Source: a virus
Lineage: Duplodnaviria > Caudoviricetes
IMG/VR virus record: IMGVR_UViG_3300011443_000026
Location: 1-41,768 of that record
Reading direction: 5' to 3' (one strand)
DNA length: 41,768 nucleotides
Part shown: positions 18,937-28,545 of the stretch, piece after piece
Numbering within the stretch: position 1 is the first letter of the stretch
How the letters are laid out: every line of letters begins with the position of its first letter
Notes under the pieces: generated by a model
What the model was told of the DNA's origin: nothing
Database searches by the model: none
The model's input: the letters and a program-made list of their open reading frames with translations, nothing else
Translations under genes and position numbers: made by a program

Positions 18937-20970
18937 GTGGAATACCTAACGCTGGAACAAATACGTTCCTGTAGAGGCCATACAGTCGTCATCGACACAG
19001 AGACGACAGGATTAGAATGGTGGAACCAAAGCATCATAGGGGTAGGCATACATTGTGAAGAGCTCAATATATCAGGCTATCTTCCTACATGCACCTATGA
19101 AGACGTAGAATACGGCAAGCCCACCAAGAAGAAGATGTGGTTGGGCAAGAAAGACTATTCACGAAGTAGTGTAGGCTGTAGGGTGTATGAATATGTGGTG
19201 ACGCACAAGAAACGCCCTACAGCCATACCCGATGAAGATCTAGTGGATGAAGCCAAAGCCGCTGTACGCTATATGGCAGATGACCCCAATACCACCATTA
19301 TCGGCCACAACCTAAAGTTTGATGCACACTTCCTGGACTTGTTGCTTTACGAACTTCCTTGCCGCATATACGATACTACAGTGTTGGTGCATCTGTACGA
19401 TAGCCGCCTAAAGAAGAGCTTAGAGAAGGCAGAAGAATACTTTCTAAATACCAAGAGTAAACGTGGTTACGTAGATCTTGGTAAGGGTGAAGGTAAGCTC
19501 ATGCCCTGGAACTGGTCACTACCTAATTTAGCCGCCTATTGTCGCAATGACTGTATTGTAACATACCAACTGTTCGAAGTGCTAATGCCCCAAATGGAAA
19601 AGTACAAGTTGAAAAACTTGCTGTCATTACAGATGAAGTTCCTACGGGTATTGCAGAAGATGGAACGGCGTGGTCTTGCGCTAAACTACCCCTATATGAT
19701 AGAATCCAAAGCTATCCTGGAGAAGAACCTAGCGGCACTAGAACAGGATCTGTATGATGCTTGTGGTCAAGTGTTCAATTGGCGTTCCGGCCCACAACTC
19801 TCCAAAGCCATATACGAAGGGCTAGGCATTGAAAAGCCAGAGAATCCATTTGCTGACCCTGACGGTGTGGACAGATCCCGTATGGCGCACGTCAACAAGT
19901 ACAACAAGTATCGTACCAGCAGCTTCATATTGATGGAGAAGGGCGCACATCCTCTCGGTGGTCTTATCCTGGAAATGAGAGAATGCGATAAACTAATCGG
20001 TTTCCTCGACAACTATAAGGAACTAGCAGATGACGATAGAATTGTTCACGGTACTTTCAATATCACTGGTACTAGAACGGGAAGGCTTTCCTCCAGTAGA
20101 CCTAACCTTCAAAACATCCCTTCCAGTCATCGAGCACGAGAAGACACAGGGGTTTTCAGCGGTGGGGGTGTTCGGGAAGGTGAATATAACTTACGACAAG
20201 CAATCATTTCTAAACCAGGATATTCTCTTGTTAGCATTGACCATCGACAACAAGAAATGCGAATGTTTGGAATCTTAGCACAAGAACCAGTTATGATGGA
20301 AGCCCTAAAGAACCGTGAAGATATCCACATGCGAGTAGCTCTCTCGGTATGGGGGGATTGTGGGCCGGAGTTGAATGACCTGCATCGTGAATGGTCAAAG
20401 GCTATTGGCTTCGGGCTTATCTACGGGATGACCACTGGTAGTTTACAATACAAGCTCAACAAAACACCAGAGGAAGCTCAAAAGATTGCACAGCAATATT
20501 GGGCAACCTTTCCAAGAATCCAACCCTGGCTGAATGAAGTAATCAAGAAGGGAACCAAGCAAGGTTACATCCGTTATTGGGATGGGCGCATATGGCGTGA
20601 GGATGACAACCTAAAGATGTACAAAGGCGCAAATGCACAGATTCAGGGGGGTGCTGCCGGAATCATGTCTCTTGCCATTGTACGGGCTGACCGTGTAGTT
20701 ACCACGCAAGATTGGGGTGGCGCACTCAGCATTGTACATGATGAGGCTATCTTTGAGATACGTGATGAATGCGTGGAAGAAGCTGTACCCGTGTTGTTAC
20801 GTGTAATGGAAGTAGAAGATATCTTTAATCTACCATTTAATGCAGAAGCCAAAGTAGGCAAGAGCTACGGCACACTACAGAAGATCAAAGTCGCAGCCGA
20901 CATATCCGCCATTGATTGGAAGCAATATGCAGAAGAGAAAGTTGTCAATCCCATACTAGAGGTGGCGTGA
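18937..20970 (+). CDS. polA: Family A DNA polymerase with 3'-5' exonuclease domain
   Basis: DTETTG, HNLKFD and Y..ND (exonuclease); TRTGRLSSS.PNLQNIP; motif A DHRQQEMR, B K...FGLIYG, C VHDE. Confidence 0.95.
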   Translation: MEYLTLEQIRSCRGHTVVIDTETTGLEWWNQSIIGVGIHCEELNISGYLPTCTYEDVEYGKPTKKKMWLGKKDYSRSSVGCRVYEYVVTHKKRPTAIPDEDLVDEAKAAVRYMADDPNTTIIGHNLKFDAHFLDLLLYELPCRIYDTTVLVHLYDSRLKKSLEKAEEYFLNTKSKRGYVDLGKGEGKLMPWNWSLPNLAAYCRNDCIVTYQLFEVLMPQMEKYKLKNLLSLQMKFLRVLQKMERRGLALNYPYMIESKAILEKNLAALEQDLYDACGQVFNWRSGPQLSKAIYEGLGIEKPENPFADPDGVDRSRMAHVNKYNKYRTSSFILMEKGAHPLGGLILEMRECDKLIGFLDNYKELADDDRIVHGTFNITGTRTGRLSSSRPNLQNIPSSHRAREDTGVFSGGGVREGEYNLRQAIISKPGYSLVSIDHRQQEMRMFGILAQEPVMMEALKNREDIHMRVALSVWGDCGPELNDLHREWSKAIGFGLIYGMTTGSLQYKLNKTPEEAQKIAQQYWATFPRIQPWLNEVIKKGTKQGYIRYWDGRIWREDDNLKMYKGANAQIQGGAAGIMSLAIVRADRVVTTQDWGGALSIVHDEAIFEIRDECVEEAVPVLLRVMEVEDIFNLPFNAEAKVGKSYGTLQKIKVAADISAIDWKQYAEEKVVNPILEVA

Positions 20971-23585
20971 TGCCCAGTCTGTCTGACCTACTATTAAAAC
21001 GGTTTTACACAGGAAATAACTACTACGCCATAGGAGGCAAGAGAGCCAGAAGTGACGGCAAAGAAGAATCCATCTACAATCCAGTGATGAGCGTTCCCAA
21101 AGCCAGTGAAATAGAAAAACACCTGATAGGTGATATGGTGATGGGTGCATACACGCTCCGGCAGGACAACACTGTCATGTGGATGTGCTTTGATGTAGAT
21201 AGTACCGATCTACAAGCCGCCAAAGATCTTACGCTAAAGCTAAGTAACTTCCTGCAAGAAGTTCCCCACGCCATAGAATTTTCGGGCAACAAGGGCTATC
21301 ATGTATGGCTGTTCTTCGGGAAGCCTGTACCCGCTGAGAATGTGAGAGCCATAGGTGCAGAAATAAGGGAGCAAATAGGCGGTAAGATAGGGGGTGATCC
21401 CCACATTGAGATATTCCCCAAACAGGACAAGCTCACAGAAAGCAACCCCCTGGGGAATCTTGTAAAGCTACCGTTAGGTTTACATCCCGTTAGCAAGAAC
21501 CGTAGCTGCTTCATCACACCGCACAGCGGTTGGGAGCAGGGTGAGATTGTAGATCCCTTCAAAGCCCTAGACAAGACTATCACCTTAGAGGATTTAGCCA
21601 GTCTCCTAAATGACTATGAAGACCCCAAAGAAGTTATCGTACAGACGTTATCTGGCTACTGGCTTGAAGGCCAGCGGCATGACCTTTCACTATTTCTATC
21701 CGGCTGGTTGGCTACAGCCGGATGGGAAGAGGAAGATGCCATAGACGTTATAGAGAGATTACATGCAGAAGCAGGAGGTGATCTTACAAACCAACTGCAA
21801 TGTGTACAAGATACGTATGAAAAGCATAATGCAGGAGGGCAGATATTAGGGCTACAAGCCCTGACCGATAGATTGCCCGGTACGGTAATTCGTAAGTTAG
21901 CAGATGCCATTGCCAAGCAAAACGTCACCCCCATTATGACCTTAATAGATAGAATACGTCTTAGTAAAGGCGTAACTTATCTTAAGAGTCGTAGTGCGGC
22001 TGTGGCTGTACTTTCCTTCCTTAAGGAAAAGGGTAGAGTTGTAATAGATTCATCTACCGAAAAGCTATACTGGCTAGATAAAACCAGTCATCACCTACAT
22101 AGCATGGAAGATAGCTATTGGGATAGCATATTGTACAATGTCTTTGGGTTGAACACAGCAGATGGCTTTGGGCAAAGTACGTCCAAAGGAATCTATCATA
22201 GTGCTAGGGAAACCGCATACAAGATCAAGGCATATAATCGTAGCTACTGGTCGGGGGAAAAGCTATACCTAAACTTAGGAACAGCTTACAATTATGTGCT
22301 TACAGGGGAAGAGAACGGCCAAGCCGTATGGGATAACAAACATCTTAACGGTGAAGAAGATATTATCTTCCGTAACCGTGACAGCAGTTTACATATAGAT
22401 TTAGACCAAGCAAGGGATAAAGGGATTAAGGCATTGAATCCCTGGAACTTTTTGGTAAATGACCTGAACTTCGGTATAGGTTCTACAGGTGTAAGTCCAG
22501 GCCAGCAAAAAGAACTCATCAAGGCTTGGTTCCTCAGTACCTTCTTTCCCGACATCATGCCCACCCGTCCCCTGCTCACCATCATTGCTGATCCTGGGGC
22601 GGGCAAGACTACGGCAGCACGTAGATTCCTGTACATACTGGAAGGGCCGCACAGCAATGTGAATGGTGTAGTGGCAGATAAACCAGATAGCTTACGAGCT
22701 TCAATGGGCGCACATAAGTTCATTGTGCTAGACAACCTGGAGAAGAACAAGAGCTATTGGTTAGTAGATTTGCTTAACCGCATATCCACAGGTACACATA
22801 TAGAGTTGCGTAAGCTACACACCACCAACGAGATACAACGCATCCTCCCAGATTGCTTTGTCATCCTAACTGCCACCTCACTACCCTTTAGCGAAGAAAG
22901 TCTTTTCACACGGCTCCTACCAATTGAGCTTGCGGCTATCAGCAAACCTACGCCAGAATATTCAATGCAAAACAAGATCCTGCACAACATTGACGGGATA
23001 TGGATGGGAATTGTGGGTATGCTCAACAAAACGGTTCAGGAGCTGGTCAAAGTTAAGACCGCTCCGGCCCCCACAGAAAGTAGATTAGCAGACTTCACCG
23101 TATTCTGCAATAGAATACGAGGAATGGAAAATGGTGAAAAGGGTGTAATCAACGGGGAACTGTTGATTAAAGGGTTGGAGCAAATGACCAACCGCCAGAA
23201 GGTATTGCTGCATGAATCCAGCCCTATGATTGCTGTGCTAGATATATGGTTGCGGGAAGATAGAGCAGCCGGGGAACGGCAGGGCAGAGGGTCAGAAGGT
23301 ATAGAGGCGGGGAAGTGGCATACGGCAGCAGAGCTTAATGGTTTACTTCAACAGATAGCCATGAAGCTACATTACCAGTGGATTTGGGAAAGTGGGCAGA
23401 GCTTGGGGAAACACATCCAAGCCCTAGAACCTAACCTCGTCAGGAACTATGGTATGCAAGTCATAGCGGCAACCAACAACAGTCCTAAGAAATTTAGGTT
23501 TGTGATGGAGATGATAGATTATAATGAAGATCATAGAAGTGATACCGAACATACTATCAATCTAGATAGGGAAGAGGAAGAGTAA
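20970..23585 (+). CDS. AEP primase-polymerase fused to a P-loop helicase
   Basis: FDVD, FSGNKGYH, EIFPKQ and GNLVKLPLG (AEP); DPGAGKTT and LDNLE (P-loop). Confidence 0.85.
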   Translation: MPSLSDLLLKRFYTGNNYYAIGGKRARSDGKEESIYNPVMSVPKASEIEKHLIGDMVMGAYTLRQDNTVMWMCFDVDSTDLQAAKDLTLKLSNFLQEVPHAIEFSGNKGYHVWLFFGKPVPAENVRAIGAEIREQIGGKIGGDPHIEIFPKQDKLTESNPLGNLVKLPLGLHPVSKNRSCFITPHSGWEQGEIVDPFKALDKTITLEDLASLLNDYEDPKEVIVQTLSGYWLEGQRHDLSLFLSGWLATAGWEEEDAIDVIERLHAEAGGDLTNQLQCVQDTYEKHNAGGQILGLQALTDRLPGTVIRKLADAIAKQNVTPIMTLIDRIRLSKGVTYLKSRSAAVAVLSFLKEKGRVVIDSSTEKLYWLDKTSHHLHSMEDSYWDSILYNVFGLNTADGFGQSTSKGIYHSARETAYKIKAYNRSYWSGEKLYLNLGTAYNYVLTGEENGQAVWDNKHLNGEEDIIFRNRDSSLHIDLDQARDKGIKALNPWNFLVNDLNFGIGSTGVSPGQQKELIKAWFLSTFFPDIMPTRPLLTIIADPGAGKTTAARRFLYILEGPHSNVNGVVADKPDSLRASMGAHKFIVLDNLEKNKSYWLVDLLNRISTGTHIELRKLHTTNEIQRILPDCFVILTATSLPFSEESLFTRLLPIELAAISKPTPEYSMQNKILHNIDGIWMGIVGMLNKTVQELVKVKTAPAPTESRLADFTVFCNRIRGMENGEKGVINGELLIKGLEQMTNRQKVLLHESSPMIAVLDIWLREDRAAGERQGRGSEGIEAGKWHTAAELNGLLQQIAMKLHYQWIWESGQSLGKHIQALEPNLVRNYGMQVIAATNNSPKKFRFVMEMIDYNEDHRSDTEHTINLDREEEE

Positions 23586-25486
23586 TGACACAGTTCATAC
23601 ATGGTACACATGATTTAGATGGGCATGTTCATATGCTCAACAAGCCAGGATGGTTGGTGGTCACCGAAAGCTTGGGAAGCAATCCTAATGATCATACAGG
23701 TGGGAACTACAGCTATTGGACGCAGTTGGGCTTCAGCATCATAGCTAGGCTGAACAATGGCTACCATCCCGTAGGTACGATACCGCAAGCAAATGAATAC
23801 GAAGACTTTGCTACAAGATGTGCGAACTTCGTTGCGGCCACACCAGGCATCACAGTAGCGATTGTGGGCAATGAACCCAATCATAAGAACGAGAGGCCAT
23901 ACGAACAAACCATCACACCCGTACAATATGCCAAGTGTTTTGATCTGTGTTATGAAAGCATCCATAATGTAGCTCCCACCATCCAAGTAGCCACCTCTGC
24001 GGTGGCTCCTTGGGATGCAACTACCCACTATCCAGGCAACCAGAACGGGGATTGGGTACAGTATTGGGTAGATATGCTCAACACTATCCAGAAAGCCGAT
24101 GCCATCACGCTCCATACCTATACTCACGGTGTTGCGCCGGAACTCATCACCAATCAGGAGAAGATGTCCCCACCCTTCAATCGGTATCACTACCACTTCC
24201 TAGCCTATCAGGACTTCATGGATAGGATGCCCGCACGCTTCCGGCAACACCCTGTATACATCACAGAAACAGACCAGGTCATCCCCTGGGCTGACCAGAA
24301 CGCCGGATGGGTACAAGAAGCTTACAACGAGATAGACTACTGGAATCACAACAATGCACAGAAGATACACGCTCTCTGTTTATATCGCAGCAACAAAAAT
24401 GACATGTGGAGCTTTACCGATAAGCAGGGAGTTATCGATGATTTCAAGGAAGCCGTACAAGCCGGACATCGCTTTCCCGTTACCGACCACCCCCTCCCGC
24501 CTACGACGCCACAACCGCCCGAAGAGATTACGCCATCCCCTCCGCAACCCCCTTCCACCGCTGTTGATGTAAGAGACATAGATCCCATGCTCATCGTGCG
24601 TGGCGTGAGTTTTGATTACGCTACGCCACCGCAGGGGATATGGTACTGGAAGATTACGAAGGCGCAATGGTTGGAGAATGCGGCCCAAACAGTAGGACCA
24701 GACCATCACATCTTAGGTAGGGTACTGAAAGATAATCAAGAACAAGCCGGAGTAAGATTACAGGTGGATTGGCCTTCCGGCAGCACACTAGTCACCAGTA
24801 AGAGAGATGAACCTAGTGCGACGTATAACTATGATTTCCCCATGTCAGCTTCTTTGAATGAGTATTCTATTAAAGTTGATGATGGCGTCAGCGATAGAGC
24901 CACTGGGATTGGAATGGGGAAGAACGGCAACCCCCGAGAACATACATCTACGTGGATTAACTTTGAATGGACGCAATCCCAAGGAACAGTAATCCCACCC
25001 GTAAAGCCCCCTATAGAACCAACACCAGAACCAGAGGATATGGAGCATCCCCTACAGGGAAGTAGGATTACGCAGCACTTCTACCAGAATCCGGCAAACT
25101 ATCAACAGTTCGGACTACCTGGTCATAACGGCACGGACTTCGGTGGCAAGCCAAGCAGGACTCCAGTATTGTGCATCGCGAAGGGTATAGTAGCCTTCAT
25201 AGGGAATGATGTAGCTTACGGAAACTACGTGCGGGTGAAGCACCAAGACATGGATTGTTATACGTTCTTCGCCCATTTGGACTCTATCTCGGTTGCGGCA
25301 GGACAAGTAATCGTGGCGGGACAGGAAGTAGGGAAGTTGGGAACTACGGGGAATTCGACGGGAGTACATCTACATTTGGAAGTGCGGTTGATGAATACAG
25401 ATGGAACTTATCGGGAAGGGACTCCTATGCCGAAGGGCAGAGTAGATCCACAGACCTTTTTCTGTGAACGTGGGTTGCGTCTATGA
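23585..25486 (+). CDS. Endolysin: glycoside-hydrolase-like domain, Pro-rich linkers, M23 peptidase
   Basis: GNEPN and YITE (GH-A clan-like); HNGTDF, YGNYV, HL and STGVHLHLE (M23). Confidence 0.8.
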   Translation: MTQFIHGTHDLDGHVHMLNKPGWLVVTESLGSNPNDHTGGNYSYWTQLGFSIIARLNNGYHPVGTIPQANEYEDFATRCANFVAATPGITVAIVGNEPNHKNERPYEQTITPVQYAKCFDLCYESIHNVAPTIQVATSAVAPWDATTHYPGNQNGDWVQYWVDMLNTIQKADAITLHTYTHGVAPELITNQEKMSPPFNRYHYHFLAYQDFMDRMPARFRQHPVYITETDQVIPWADQNAGWVQEAYNEIDYWNHNNAQKIHALCLYRSNKNDMWSFTDKQGVIDDFKEAVQAGHRFPVTDHPLPPTTPQPPEEITPSPPQPPSTAVDVRDIDPMLIVRGVSFDYATPPQGIWYWKITKAQWLENAAQTVGPDHHILGRVLKDNQEQAGVRLQVDWPSGSTLVTSKRDEPSATYNYDFPMSASLNEYSIKVDDGVSDRATGIGMGKNGNPREHTSTWINFEWTQSQGTVIPPVKPPIEPTPEPEDMEHPLQGSRITQHFYQNPANYQQFGLPGHNGTDFGGKPSRTPVLCIAKGIVAFIGNDVAYGNYVRVKHQDMDCYTFFAHLDSISVAAGQVIVAGQEVGKLGTTGNSTGVHLHLEVRLMNTDGTYREGTPMPKGRVDPQTFFCERGLRL

Positions 25487-25599
25487 AGATAGAAATCAAT
25501 AATGAAGACATCCTCGTCGCTGCGATTGTGATGGGGATCCTCTTCTGCATAGCTCGTCTATTGGTGGAACTGTTGATGTGGTGGATAGGGGGAGGATGA
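25483..25599 (+). CDS. Small membrane protein, holin candidate (38 aa, not in ORF track)
   Basis: MKIEINNEDILVAAIVMGILFCIARLLVELLMWWIGGG; ATGA overlap with the endolysin stop. Confidence 0.5.
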   Translation: MKIEINNEDILVAAIVMGILFCIARLLVELLMWWIGGG

Positions 25600-25603
25600 T
25601 AAG

Positions 25604-26626
25604 ATGATTGAGGAGAAGTTAGAGCAGAGTCGGGAGATTGTTGAAAAGGTGATGCGGAAGTATGAACCCTACGCCATCGTAGCAATGGTATCTGGCGGGA
25701 AGGATTCCCTGTGCGCCTATATGGTAGGACGTGAATTGGGCGTGCCTGTGACGCACATCATGCACGGAGTGACCGGAACTGGAGTGTTGGAAACCACACA
25801 GTTCGTACGGAAGTTTGCGGCAGCAGAAGATGTAATCTATCTGGAAGCGGATGCGGAAAGTAGTTATGAAGATTACGTGAGGAGGAAGGGATTCTTTGGG
25901 ATTGGCGTACAAGCTCATGGATTTTCATACAGGATACTGAAGCACCAACCGTTCTTCAAAGTCATATCCTCTTCGATACGGCAGAGGAAGTGGTATCGTA
26001 ATGTGATGCTATTGAACGGAGCTAGGATTGCGGAGAGCGTCAATCGTGCGAAGAACATGACTGTACCCTTTCGGGATGATGGTGGGAATATTTGGACGAA
26101 CATCATCCACTATTGGACCCGGCAGGAAAGAGATGAATATCTGGAGAGCAGGGGAGCTGCGATCAATCCTGTGACGACTGTGCTATGTAGATCAGGGGAA
26201 TGTCTATGCGGAACGATGCAGAACGCAGCAATTCGGGAAGAGGTTGCATTTTACTTCCCAGAGTGGGGAGGTTGGATTGATAAGTTGGAGCAAGAGGTGA
26301 AGAGTGTGTTTGGATGGGGATGGGGTGAGCTGAACCCGATTGCGGCGCAGCGAAAGATCGAGCGGGAAGAGAGGAGGAAGGTGGGAAGAAGGGAATATCG
26401 TAGAAGGGTGGATGACGATGATTCCGGCAGCACCAATAGATCATATCAACCTATGTGCGTAGATTGCTTGGAGGATGGGGAAGTGGGGGAGGATGGGAAT
26501 GACGGAGATGGTAGTGGAGCTGGATTGGGTGGTGATGATGTTTCTCTTCGCTATAGTGAGCTTCTTGGCACTTTTAACCGAACTGTGGTGGAAAGAGAGA
26601 ATAAGAGCCGAAGAAGAAGACCTTAG
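25604..26626 (+). CDS. PAPS reductase-family (PP-loop) protein
   Basis: SGGKDS, TG....T, LK..P, G.R..ES..R and SGECLCG motifs. Confidence 0.85.
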   Translation: MIEEKLEQSREIVEKVMRKYEPYAIVAMVSGGKDSLCAYMVGRELGVPVTHIMHGVTGTGVLETTQFVRKFAAAEDVIYLEADAESSYEDYVRRKGFFGIGVQAHGFSYRILKHQPFFKVISSSIRQRKWYRNVMLLNGARIAESVNRAKNMTVPFRDDGGNIWTNIIHYWTRQERDEYLESRGAAINPVTTVLCRSGECLCGTMQNAAIREEVAFYFPEWGGWIDKLEQEVKSVFGWGWGELNPIAAQRKIEREERRKVGRREYRRRVDDDDSGSTNRSYQPMCVDCLEDGEVGEDGNDGDGSGAGLGGDDVSLRYSELLGTFNRTVVERENKSRRRRP

Positions 26627-26669
26627 GATCTGGAGGGATTTGTTCTATGCCCTGGAAACAGATGAGTGA
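26475..26669 (+). CDS. Small membrane protein
   Basis: One hydrophobic segment then a charged tail; overlaps the low-complexity tail of the PAPS gene. Confidence 0.4.
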   Translation: MGKWGRMGMTEMVVELDWVVMMFLFAIVSFLALLTELWWKERIRAEEEDLRIWRDLFYALETDE

Positions 26670-26859
26670 GTGGGAGATTGATATGACGGGAACGGTCTTC
26701 ATCGTCGGCGTCTTCGTTACGGCAGCCGCATTGAGTTTATGGATTGACTGGATGGGTGAGACTTGGGGAATTGTTTGGTGGATGAGGGGTGTGATTTGGA
26801 TGGGAATGTTGATTGGGATGTTAGTGGTGATATTGTGGATCATAGGAGCATTTCGTTGA
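26647..26859 (+). CDS. Small two-TM membrane protein (holin-like candidate)
   Basis: Two hydrophobic segments in 70 aa. Confidence 0.45.
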   Translation: MPWKQMSEWEIDMTGTVFIVGVFVTAAALSLWIDWMGETWGIVWWMRGVIWMGMLIGMLVVILWIIGAFR

Positions 26860-27037
26860 TAGGTAACGGCCCAACACACGGGGAGGAAGAAGGAGAGAGG
26901 TGGATCAGAAGCTTCACAATTGGATTCTGGCGTGGATTCTGGCTCGGGATATTGTGGCAGATGGGAGGGAAGTATATTATTATGATCCTGATCATTATCT
27001 GGGTTTGGATCCTGATGCGTGCGTGCGGGATGAGCTG

Positions 27038-27487
27038 ATGGGGAAGGGAACAGTTAAGATGACGAAGATTCGTGTGGGGGATCTTACATTGGAGGAGCGG
27101 GAAACAGCGGTGATGCAGAATGCTAGCGATCGTGGGAAGTGGGTGATCTATACAGATGACCCCGTTATGATTGCGAAGCTCGAGAGATTGGGGATGCCGG
27201 CTGTGGTGAGAGCGGATGGGATTGGAAGGGAGTATATCGTGGATGCCAATCAAGTTTCATTTCGTAGGAAGAGAGTGTTGTCGGAAGAGGAGAAGGAGAG
27301 GAGGAGGGAGAGAGCTAGAAGGAGCTTCGGACACGGCCAGCCGAAGAGTACGGCCCCACAGACTAGGAAGGCGGGGGATGAGAAGGAAGTTTGTGATGCG
27401 TGCGGTGGAACCGGATATTGGGATGGGGATGTGGAAGGTGGGATTGCTTGTGATGTGTGCGGGGGAAGTGGGGTAAAGGAGGACTAA
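27038..27487 (+). CDS. Hypothetical protein with C-terminal CxxCxGxG zinc finger pair
   Basis: CDACGGTG and CDVCGGSG; basic helix RKRVLSEEEKERRRERAR; start chosen at a TGATG overlap. Confidence 0.6.
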   Translation: MGKGTVKMTKIRVGDLTLEERETAVMQNASDRGKWVIYTDDPVMIAKLERLGMPAVVRADGIGREYIVDANQVSFRRKRVLSEEEKERRRERARRSFGHGQPKSTAPQTRKAGDEKEVCDACGGTGYWDGDVEGGIACDVCGGSGVKED

Positions 27488-27496
27488 TTAAGGTGG

Positions 27497-27535
27497 GGGC
27501 ATTGTGGCGGCTTTAGGCATGTTGCCACAATGCCC
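27497..27535 (+). terminator. Inverted repeat ending the rightward operon
   Basis: GGGCATTGTGGC ... GCCACAATGCCC (12 bp stem); no adjacent U tract. Confidence 0.45.
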
Positions 27536-27697
27536 AAAAAAGTTTTATATTGGCTGCGTGTAGGCGTTTTAAGCGTGCTTAGGTGCGTTTAGGTAGTTTG
27601 CTACCTTTTACTTGTTTTAAGGGCTTGCGGTGGCTTAAAATGGTGCTTTTTAATCATATTTTATCATTTTATAAAATCAAAAAAAAAAAAATTTTCA

Positions 27698-27739
27698 AAA
27701 AATGGTCGTTTTATCGGGAAAAATGGTCGTTTTATCGGG
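27698..27739. repeat. Perfect 21 bp tandem repeat x2 next to an A13 tract
   Basis: AAAAATGGTCGTTTTATCGGG at 27698-27718 and 27719-27739. Confidence 0.9.
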
Positions 27740-28310
27740 GATGGGTCGGATCGCCGGCGGCTACCTGCAGCAAAAGATGCAATGCCGCAAGTACCTAACC
27801 AAAAAAGTTGCAAAAATTGCCCAGCCGCCCAGCCGGGGCAGCCCCCCAAGCCGCAATTTTTGTTACAGCAAGCAAGCCCCCAAGCCCAGCCGCCCAAGCT
27901 TTGCCGGGGGGTAAGCCCCCACACAAAGCCCCAAAAAACCCTAAAAGCTGGGCAGCCGCCCAGTTTTATAACCTGTATAGGGGGTATAGGGGGTTATAAA
28001 ATGGTTGCAATTATTTATGCTAAATAATAATGGTAAGTTGTTTTTTGCCCCCCGTACACTGGTAAAAAGTTGCAATATGCCCAAACGGTAACCCCATGCC
28101 CGTTTGTATGCCCAAAGTGCCAAATGCCCAAAAAGGCCAAAAAGCCGGGCAAGGTTAAATTTTGCTTTATGTAAACTACCGTTTTTTGTAGCCCATTTGT
28201 GCTATTTACATAAAGCGCAAAAAGCCGCCCGGCACGGCCCCAAAGCCGCCAAAATAGGTTTATTAAACCCGCAATAAAAGTTGCGTAGGGGTTAGTGTAC
28301 AATATACTTT

Positions 28311-28545
28311 AAGGTATTGTAAGGCAAAGTATTAAGTGCCAAGTTAGCCGTAGTGTATTTTGCATAATGTATGTATAAACCCGTGTGTACATAGTTTGTT
28401 ATACCTTAATACCTTACAATACCTTACCCCCACTTTGCAGCCGGGCAAGGTATTGCCGGGGGGCTTGCCGGGCTTTACCTTGCAATACCTTACTTTGGGG
28501 CTTGCCGGGCTTGCCGGGCAAGGTATTGTAAAGCATTAAGGTATT
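28311..28545. repeat. Cluster of AAGGTATT octamers in both orientations
   Basis: Copies at 28311(+), 28408(-), 28418(-), 28447(+), 28484(-), 28520(+), 28538(+). Confidence 0.8.

Noticed and set aside
25604-26626. QueC / 7-deazaguanine pathway
   Set aside because: SGGKDS is shared by PP-loop enzymes, but the other motifs fit the PAPS reductase family; no folE, queD, queE or dpdA is recognisable in this window.
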